Source: Nitrosopumilus sp.
Lineage (GTDB): Archaea > Thermoproteota > Nitrososphaeria > Nitrososphaerales > Nitrosopumilaceae
NCBI GenBank assembly: GCA_963662625.1
Contig: OY759726.1
Location: forward strand, 1,280,001 to 1,344,000
Length of the DNA stretch: 64,000 nt
Direction: 5' to 3'
The position numbers and the translations under genes were made by a program. A model generated the notes under the pieces. It was not told the DNA's origin. It saw only the letters and a list, made by a program, of their open reading frames with translations, and searched no databases. Position 1 is the stretch's first letter. Each line of letters opens with the position of its first letter. Below are positions 57,996 through 64,000 of the stretch, in pieces.

Positions 57996-59294
57996 ATGGC
58001 AGACAAACCCCACCTGAACCTGATCATCACGGGTCACATCGATAATGGAAAGTCGACGACGATGGGCCATTTCCTGATGGATCTTGGCGTCGTGGACGAG
58101 AGGACGATCGCGGCGCACGCGGCCGAGTCCGAGAAGACCGGAAAGGGAGACACCTTCAAGTACGCGTGGGTGATGGACAACATCAAGGACGAGAGGGAGA
58201 GGGGGATCACCATCGACTTGGCGTTCCAAAAGTTCGAGACGTCAAAGTACTTCTTTACACTGATCGACGCCCCGGGCCACAGGGACTTTATCAAGAACAT
58301 GATCACCGGCGCGTCCGAGGCAGACGCCGCAGTGCTCGTGCTGTCTGCCAAGGAGGGCGAGACCGACACGGCGGTGGCGGCGGGCGGCCAGGCAAGGGAG
58401 CACGCGTTCCTGCTGAAGACCCTGGGCGTGAACCAGATCATCGTCGCCATAAACAAGATGGACGACAGCAACTACTCCGAGGACGCGTTCAAGGCGGCCA
58501 AGGAGAAGGGCGAGAAACTGGTCCAGTCGGTAGGCTACAAGTTGGACGCCGTCCCGTTCATCCCGGTATCGGGGTGGAAGGGCGACAATTTGGTTAAGAA
58601 ATCTGAGAACATGCCGTGGTACGCAGGCAAGACGCTGCTGGAGGCGTTTGACGACTTTACTGTGGCAGAAAAGCCGGTAGGAAAGCCGTTGCGCGTCCCG
58701 ATCCAGGACGTCTACACGATTACGGGCGTGGGAACCGTCCCGGTGGGCAGGGTCGAGACGGGCACGATGAAGGCCGGCGACAAGATAATAGTCATGCCGT
58801 CGGGCAGCACCGGCGAGATAAAGTCCATCGAGACGCACCACCAGGAGATGCCGTCGGCCGAGGCCGGCGACAACATCGGCTTCAACCTGAGGGGCATCGA
58901 AAAGAAGGACATCAAGAGGGGCGACGTGCTGGGCACGCCGGACGCCCCGCCAAAGGTGGCAAGGGAGTTCAAGGCGCAGATAATCGTGATACACCACCCG
59001 ACCGCGATCGCTCCCGGGTACACCCCGGTGATGCACTCGCACACGGCGCAGGTCGCCGCGACCATAACGGAGTTCCTCCAGAAGATCAACCCCGCCTCGG
59101 GGGCGGTCGAGGAGGAGAACCCCAAGTTCCTGAAGGTCGGCGACTCTGCAATAGTCAAGATCAGGCCGGTCAGGCCGACCCCGATCGAGACGTTCCAGGA
59201 GTTCCCGGAGATGGGCAGGTTCGCCCTCAGGGACATGGGGGCGACGATCGCCGCGGGAATCGTAAAGGAAGTCACCGACGAGTACAAGCCATAG
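57996..59294 (+). CDS. tuf: Translation elongation factor 1-alpha
   Basis: GHIDNGKST, RGITID, DAPGHRDF and NKMD. Confidence 0.97.
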   Translation: MADKPHLNLIITGHIDNGKSTTMGHFLMDLGVVDERTIAAHAAESEKTGKGDTFKYAWVMDNIKDERERGITIDLAFQKFETSKYFFTLIDAPGHRDFIKNMITGASEADAAVLVLSAKEGETDTAVAAGGQAREHAFLLKTLGVNQIIVAINKMDDSNYSEDAFKAAKEKGEKLVQSVGYKLDAVPFIPVSGWKGDNLVKKSENMPWYAGKTLLEAFDDFTVAEKPVGKPLRVPIQDVYTITGVGTVPVGRVETGTMKAGDKIIVMPSGSTGEIKSIETHHQEMPSAEAGDNIGFNLRGIEKKDIKRGDVLGTPDAPPKVAREFKAQIIVIHHPTAIAPGYTPVMHSHTAQVAATITEFLQKINPASGAVEEENPKFLKVGDSAIVKIRPVRPTPIETFQEFPEMGRFALRDMGATIAAGIVKEVTDEYKP

Positions 59295-59304
59295 GCGCAG
59301 GCTC

Positions 59305-59613
59305 ATGACTCAAACCGCCCGCGTCAAACTCACCTCAACCAGCCTGCTGAAACTCGACGGGGTATGCGACGAGATAATGGGCATCGGCAAGAAGACGGGC
59401 GTCAGGGTGAAGGGGCCGACCCCCCTGCCGGTCAAGAAGCTGCACGTGGCGACCAGGAAGTCGCCGTGCGGGAGCGGCACCGAGACGTACGAGAAATGGG
59501 AGATGAAGATGCACCGGCGGATCATAAACATAAACGCAGACGACAAGGCGATCAGGCAGCTGATGAGGCTCAAGATCCCGGACGACGTCTACATCGAGCT
59601 GTCCCTGACCTAG
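59305..59613 (+). CDS. rps10: 30S ribosomal protein uS10
   Basis: KGPTPLP, RKSPCGSG and HRRII. Confidence 0.97.
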   Translation: MTQTARVKLTSTSLLKLDGVCDEIMGIGKKTGVRVKGPTPLPVKKLHVATRKSPCGSGTETYEKWEMKMHRRIININADDKAIRQLMRLKIPDDVYIELSLT

Positions 59614-59848
59614 CGGCGGCCGCGCGGATCCCGGCGATCGGGCCCCGGAGGGGGAGGCGGCGTGCCGGGGGAGTTGCCCGGCGGAAAGTGCAGGTGCCGC
59701 GCCGCCAGCCTTCCGCCATGCCGCCCCGGATCCTCCCGCCCGCAACCCCGGCCCGCGCCGGAGTCCGGATCGCCATGCCCGGCCGGGGCGCGTGCGCGGC
59801 TGCGCCCTGGCCGGCATAGCTTTTATTATGGAACGCCTGGTGGTGGTC

Positions 59849-60088
59849 ATGGTAGACGAGGACTTTGTGGAAGGCGCGGGCCAGGAGGCTGCCGCGGAAG
59901 CGTTTGTGGAAGGCGCGGGCCAGGAGGCCCCCGCGGAAGCGTTTGACGTGACGTACTCGTGCCTGCGCTGCGGGACAACCGTGTCCAACACGGAGCTCTC
60001 CAGGCTGCCCGAGATCAAGTGCATCTGCGGGTTCAGGGTCTTCGTCAAGGTGCGGCCGCCCGTGGTCAAGACGGTAAGGGCAGTGTAG
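59849..60088 (+). CDS. rpoP: RNA polymerase subunit Rpo12 (P) with acidic duplicated N-terminal extension
   Basis: YSCLRCG...IKCICGFRVFVKVRPP; TATA at 59821. Confidence 0.85.
   Translation: MVDEDFVEGAGQEAAAEAFVEGAGQEAPAEAFDVTYSCLRCGTTVSNTELSRLPEIKCICGFRVFVKVRPPVVKTVRAV
59864..59945 (+). repeat. 39-bp tandem duplication (FVEGAGQEAxAEA x2)
   Basis: tttgtggaaggcgcgggccaggaggc...gcggaagcg occurs twice. Confidence 0.9.
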
Positions 60089-60154
60089 CCCGCCGCTACG
60101 GGCCGTCCCGGGAGCGCGGCCCGGCAAGCACCGCGCACGCCATGCCGCCCCGAA

Positions 60155-60352
60155 CTACCCGCCCTTCCTGTAACTGTGGTCCCTCTGCAGGTGCGTCCTC
60201 ATGTCCTCCATGCTGGAAAAGTACTCCCCGCATTCCCTGCAGTCGTACTGCAGGTCCTTGCCGTGGACCAGCTGCTCGTGGTTCATCAGGTCCTCGGGGC
60301 GCGAGAAACTGGCCCCGCACGCGTCACACCCGTGCTTCTTGAAGAAACCCAA
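60155..60352 (-). CDS. Double C2H2 zinc-finger protein
   Basis: CDAC..F.....L..H...VH and CREC..F.....M..H...DH. Confidence 0.88.
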   Translation of the reverse strand: MGFFKKHGCDACGASFSRPEDLMNHEQLVHGKDLQYDCRECGEYFSSMEDMRTHLQRDHSYRKGG

Positions 60353-60763
60353 CTACCCCATCTCCGCCTTCTTCTCGTCCCAGCACTTCCTGCACAGCTG
60401 GCCCTCGATCTTCCACTTGCCCTTGGGATTGTACCTGATGAGCCCCATCTTCGCCCCGCATACGGCGCAGAAGTTCCTCGCCTCGTCGTGGTCCTTCTCC
60501 TTCTTGTCGAAGCAGTCCTTGCAGAGCAGCCCCTCCATGTCCCACTGCCATCTGGGCTCCCACAGGTCGGTTATCTTCCTCGTGGTGCCGCACGCGACGC
60601 ACGGCTGCCTCGCCTTCCCCTCGTAGAACTCCTTTTGCTTCTCAAAGTGGCAGTCCCCGCAGAGCGCCCCCTTGACGTTCCACTCCTTCTTCGGCTTGTG
60701 CCGGTGCTTTAGGTCCTTGCCGCACACCGCGCAGCTGGAGGGTTTTTTACCGAACAGCCCCAT
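60353..60763 (-). CDS. Triple CxxC...LCxxC zinc-binding repeat protein
   Basis: Three units of CxxCG...P..W...G.LCxxC. Confidence 0.8.
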   Translation of the reverse strand: MGLFGKKPSSCAVCGKDLKHRHKPKKEWNVKGALCGDCHFEKQKEFYEGKARQPCVACGTTRKITDLWEPRWQWDMEGLLCKDCFDKKEKDHDEARNFCAVCGAKMGLIRYNPKGKWKIEGQLCRKCWDEKKAEMG

Positions 60764-60765
60764 GC

Positions 60766-61221
60766 CTATATCTTTCTGGAGACGCGCGTCTCAAAGTCCG
60801 ACTCGAACCAGTCCGTCTCGTACCCTGGCTTGCCAGGGGGCAGCGTGTTGATCGCAATGTGGGAGAACTCGGCGTCCCTCGATACGGAGCCGTGGGTGTG
60901 CAGCGAGCCCGGCGGGATGTGCACTACGTCCCCCCTGTTCAGCCTGACGGTCCCGGTCTTTTTGATCCCGAACTCCGACTCTTTCGTGCCATACCTCCGG
61001 TACGTGTCCAGGCTCCCGCGCCCGTTGACGGCGATCAGCAACTGGGGGCCGTTGTGCGAGTGGATCTTGGTCCTGGCGCCGTTCCGGAAGTGGACGTGGT
61101 AGATGTCCTGGCCCTTTGATCCTATCCTGCCAGACAGCGCCTTCATCCATACCTTTCCAGTGAACCAGTCGGGGTTGACGCTCCGCTTGTCGGAGGTGCC
61201 AAAAATGTTCGATTTCTTCAT
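60766..61221 (-). CDS. Cupin domain protein
   Basis: HSHNGPQ and GDVVHIPPGSLHTH. Confidence 0.85.
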   Translation of the reverse strand: MKKSNIFGTSDKRSVNPDWFTGKVWMKALSGRIGSKGQDIYHVHFRNGARTKIHSHNGPQLLIAVNGRGSLDTYRRYGTKESEFGIKKTGTVRLNRGDVVHIPPGSLHTHGSVSRDAEFSHIAINTLPPGKPGYETDWFESDFETRVSRKI

Positions 61222-61574
61222 ATCCTTCCCAGTATCTCTTTCTTCTTCTGCAGGAACTCCTTTTCGGTGATCGTGCCCGCCCTTCGCAGCCTGTCTAGCT
61301 GCTCTAGCGCCAGCAGGTCGCCGGATGCGCCCGCCGCCGCGCCCCTTGGGGGGACTGCCCCGCTCCGCGCGCCCTTGGCCTCCGGGCCGCCCGACTGCTC
61401 CCCGGCCCGCCTGTGCAGCTCCTCGCGGGTCTTTTTTGCCTTCCCTGCGGCCAGCGTCCCCAGCGCGACTGCGTCGTCCAGCACCTGGTCCGCGCCCTTG
61501 ATCCCGCCGTCGATCACCCTGTTTGCCTTGTCCAGCAGGCCCTTGATGTGGCCGGGATCCTTCTTTTGAGCCAT
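61218..61574 (-). CDS. SHOCT domain protein
   Basis: C-terminal LEQLDRLRRAGTITEKEFLQKKKEIL. Confidence 0.8.
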   Translation of the reverse strand: MAQKKDPGHIKGLLDKANRVIDGGIKGADQVLDDAVALGTLAAGKAKKTREELHRRAGEQSGGPEAKGARSGAVPPRGAAAGASGDLLALEQLDRLRRAGTITEKEFLQKKKEILGRI

Positions 61575-61638
61575 GGCTAACAAAGGCACTCTTAACGTAT
61601 TATATTTTTCTTGGAGCCGGCGCGGCCGCCGCGCCGGG

Positions 61639-62091
61639 TCACCCGGGCGGCTCCTTTTTGATCCTGTACAGGTTCCTCCGCGAGACCACCACAGCGTCCC
61701 CGTCCCGCGTCGTCCCCTCGTAGTCCACGGCTATCCTCCCAAAGTCGTCGTCCACGTCCTCCTTTGCCGACACCGTAAACTGCAGCTTCAGCACCTCGTC
61801 GGCGCGCAGCGGCCTCAGGAACCGCGTGCTCCTGTTGCCCCACCCGGGGTCGCCATCCGTGCCTATGAAGATCATGTGGTTCCCGTAGATCTGGCTCAGC
61901 CTGGTGAACTCCCCCTCCATCCTGGCCAGGATGGCCCTGCCCGGGACCGCCTTCTGCCCGCCGTCGCCCATGCGCTCCAAAAACGGGTTGCGCACCCTGG
62001 AGAACCCGAGGTACCCGTCCAGCTCCCTGTCGGAGATGCTGCACGTCGAGTAAAACCTGTCCCCCACCCTGATCTCGGAGTATTTTTTCAT
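61639..62091 (-). CDS. MaoC-like hotdog-fold protein
   Basis: IRVGDRF, NPF, VPG and RFLRPLRADEVL. Confidence 0.7.
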   Translation of the reverse strand: MKKYSEIRVGDRFYSTCSISDRELDGYLGFSRVRNPFLERMGDGGQKAVPGRAILARMEGEFTRLSQIYGNHMIFIGTDGDPGWGNRSTRFLRPLRADEVLKLQFTVSAKEDVDDDFGRIAVDYEGTTRDGDAVVVSRRNLYRIKKEPPG

Positions 62092-62100
62092 GGTTGCCGG

Positions 62101-63873
62101 CTATCTCGCCTCGTCAACGCAGAATACGACCTCGGACGAGGAGGCGGCGCCCCCCGAGACGGAGAAGTTCAGCGCCTGGGCCACGTTCTCGTCGCTCGGC
62201 TCGGAGCCCGTGACCGATCCCGGCAGCACCGTGATCATCCTGACCTTCGACTTTAGCACGTCACTCAGCTCCTGGTTCACGGTGGCGGTAAACGGCCTCA
62301 GCGCCCCGCGGAACACCTCGATCTGCGCCCTCCTGGTGCCAGTCACCTTCCTGCCCGCCGGCAGGTCCGGGCCCACGATCATGATCGCCCCCTCCGCGTC
62401 CCTGTAAAGCCTCGGGTCGCTAGATCCGCCAGGGACGAACTGCTCCAGCGCCGCCTGCGCGACGGTGGCCGGCGTGGTGATGAACTTCGCGACGAGCCCC
62501 TCCCATTCTGCCCTCGACAGCCCGGTCAGGCTCTGCACGTCCGGCAGCCTGCCGGTCAGGTGGACCACTCCGAGTATCTCGCCCACGTTGGATCCAGCCG
62601 TGCCCAGCCACCTCGCGACCTCCCCGGGATCCGCGATGTCGACCACATGCGAGTGGAACTTGCCGCTTATCGACTCCTGCAGCGCCTTCGGGGTGGACTC
62701 GGATATGAAGCACGCCGCCTTCCCGCCGTTCTTCTCGACGTGGCCCGCCAGGAACTCCGCCCGGGCGGCATCAGACTCGTCGGTGGCGTCCACCGTGAGA
62801 ACCACCGCCTTTCCGGCAAAGTCAGGCTGGTGCACCGCCGGGGTCCTGGTGCCCACGTGGGGCTTTACGGGGTAGAACACCCTGTCCCCGGGGATCACCT
62901 TGCCGTTGAGTATCCTCGCGATGCCGTCGTCGCACAGGTTCAGGACGGACTCTGCCACCTGCTCCTGCTCCAGGAACTCCCTGTTTGCTATCATGTGCGA
63001 CGTGTTGTTCTGGACCTTTTCGGCTATAGTCTGGATCTTGTCCAGCAGGCTGGCCAGGGTGTCGCCGAACTTCCCGGCGTCCCTTCCGCCCGCGAGCTTC
63101 CCGGCGGCCCTCGCTACCCCGTCCTTTATGGCGGCCTCGTCCTCGCCAAGCAGCGGGAGGAGCTCCCTGTTTGCGGCGTCGACCTCCGCCGGGGACATGT
63201 CCTCGAACCCGCCCACGCGCATGAACTCCGACGCCGCCTTAGGGTAGACCGTCTTGTAAATCCTGTCGGAGTGCACGGGCCCCGGGTTCGTCGCGATGGA
63301 TGCGATCCCCCTGCCCGTGAGCTCCCACGACATGGCCTCGGCCAGCCTGTTCTTTGCCCCCTGCGACGCGGTGTAGGGGCTCCGGAACCTGTATGGCCTC
63401 TGCTCCAACGGCCTCTCCTCCGTGAAGAACGTGGATATAGTGACGATCTTCCCCCCCTCCTTCATGACCCTGAGCGCCTGGACCGAGCCCCAGAAGGTGC
63501 CAGTCAGGTGTATCCCGACCGTGCTCTTAAAGTCGTCCAGCGGGGCGCTCGCGAAACACGTGACCGGGCCGGACACCCCGGCGTTGTTTACCAGGTAGTC
63601 CACCGTCACGCCGTCTCCCTCCAGCGAGTCGAAGAGGCCGTTCATCCCGGCCTCGTCGCTGACGTCGACCCCCGAAAATATCCTGACCGTGGCGCCGCCG
63701 CCGGCCCCGGACGCCGCGTCCTCCAGCATCCTGGCCGCGTCCTCCAACGGCTCGCGCCGCCGCCCCATGATTATCACGCTGGCGCCGTTCTCGACGAATT
63801 TTTTGGCAATGGCGCGGCCGATCCCGGTGCCGCTCCCCGTGACCAGTGCTACCTTGCCCTGAAACTTTAACAC
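62101..63873 (-). CDS. Tandem short-chain dehydrogenase/reductase (malonyl-CoA reductase-like)
   Basis: TGSGTGIG, NNAG, PYRFRSPYTASQ and PGPVHSDRI; second degenerate Rossmann domain. Confidence 0.8.
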   Translation of the reverse strand: MLKFQGKVALVTGSGTGIGRAIAKKFVENGASVIIMGRRREPLEDAARMLEDAASGAGGGATVRIFSGVDVSDEAGMNGLFDSLEGDGVTVDYLVNNAGVSGPVTCFASAPLDDFKSTVGIHLTGTFWGSVQALRVMKEGGKIVTISTFFTEERPLEQRPYRFRSPYTASQGAKNRLAEAMSWELTGRGIASIATNPGPVHSDRIYKTVYPKAASEFMRVGGFEDMSPAEVDAANRELLPLLGEDEAAIKDGVARAAGKLAGGRDAGKFGDTLASLLDKIQTIAEKVQNNTSHMIANREFLEQEQVAESVLNLCDDGIARILNGKVIPGDRVFYPVKPHVGTRTPAVHQPDFAGKAVVLTVDATDESDAARAEFLAGHVEKNGGKAACFISESTPKALQESISGKFHSHVVDIADPGEVARWLGTAGSNVGEILGVVHLTGRLPDVQSLTGLSRAEWEGLVAKFITTPATVAQAALEQFVPGGSSDPRLYRDAEGAIMIVGPDLPAGRKVTGTRRAQIEVFRGALRPFTATVNQELSDVLKSKVRMITVLPGSVTGSEPSDENVAQALNFSVSGGAASSSEVVFCVDEAR

Positions 63874-64000
63874 TACACGTTCGATGCCCTCGTGATATTT
63901 ATTTGGATCATTTTGGGGGCGGACGCGGCATCCTCCCCCCGCCGGGGCGCCCGCGCGGGCGTGGGCCCCGTGCAGGAAGCCGCGCCCGGGCGGCCCGCCA

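Noticed and set aside
59614-59820. Possible RNase P RNA (GGAAAGT-like word)
   Set aside because: Too short, and no matching P4 3' strand was found; looks like an ordinary GC-rich spacer.

Overview
Archaeal chromosome segment. Gene content (PEFG-CTERM proteins, TktA-Rpe fusion, FBP aldolase/phosphatase, EF-1alpha/uS10/Rpo12, free-standing 5S rRNA, Cdc48, EndA) points to an ammonia-oxidising archaeon of the Nitrosopumilaceae (inference). The sequence is unusually GC-rich. Intergenic DNA is even more GC-rich than the genes and is broken by short AT-rich TATA islands about 25 nt before most start codons. Together with a giant repeat adhesin, this suggests a host-associated (e.g. sponge) lineage. 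Most of the window is core genome: about 70 CDS, tRNA-Thr(UGU), tRNA-His(GUG) and 5S rRNA. Notable items: (1) a ~2,340-aa secreted protein with 4x6 FG-GAP repeats, PKD, a DUF285/BspA LRR array with identical DNA frameworks and variable faces, and SdrD-B domains; (2) a larC-larE-iscS nickel-pincer cofactor operon plus a LarA-fold protein lacking the LarA catalytic motifs; (3) a 590-aa double SDR resembling Chloroflexus malonyl-CoA reductase, coupled to a MaoC-like gene; (4) promoter-bearing small ORFs below the ORF-track cutoff, namely a C2H2 finger behind 5S rRNA, a 26-aa membrane peptide upstream of corA and a 30-aa membrane peptide; (5) a 74-bp identical sorting-signal block shared by two divergent PEFG genes; (6) an RDDR repeat tail and a leader hairpin on a DEAD-box helicase; (7) candidate structured RNAs and eroded IS remnants. 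No CRISPR, cas, phage or reverse transcriptase genes were seen. All product calls come from reading motifs by eye, not from database searches.
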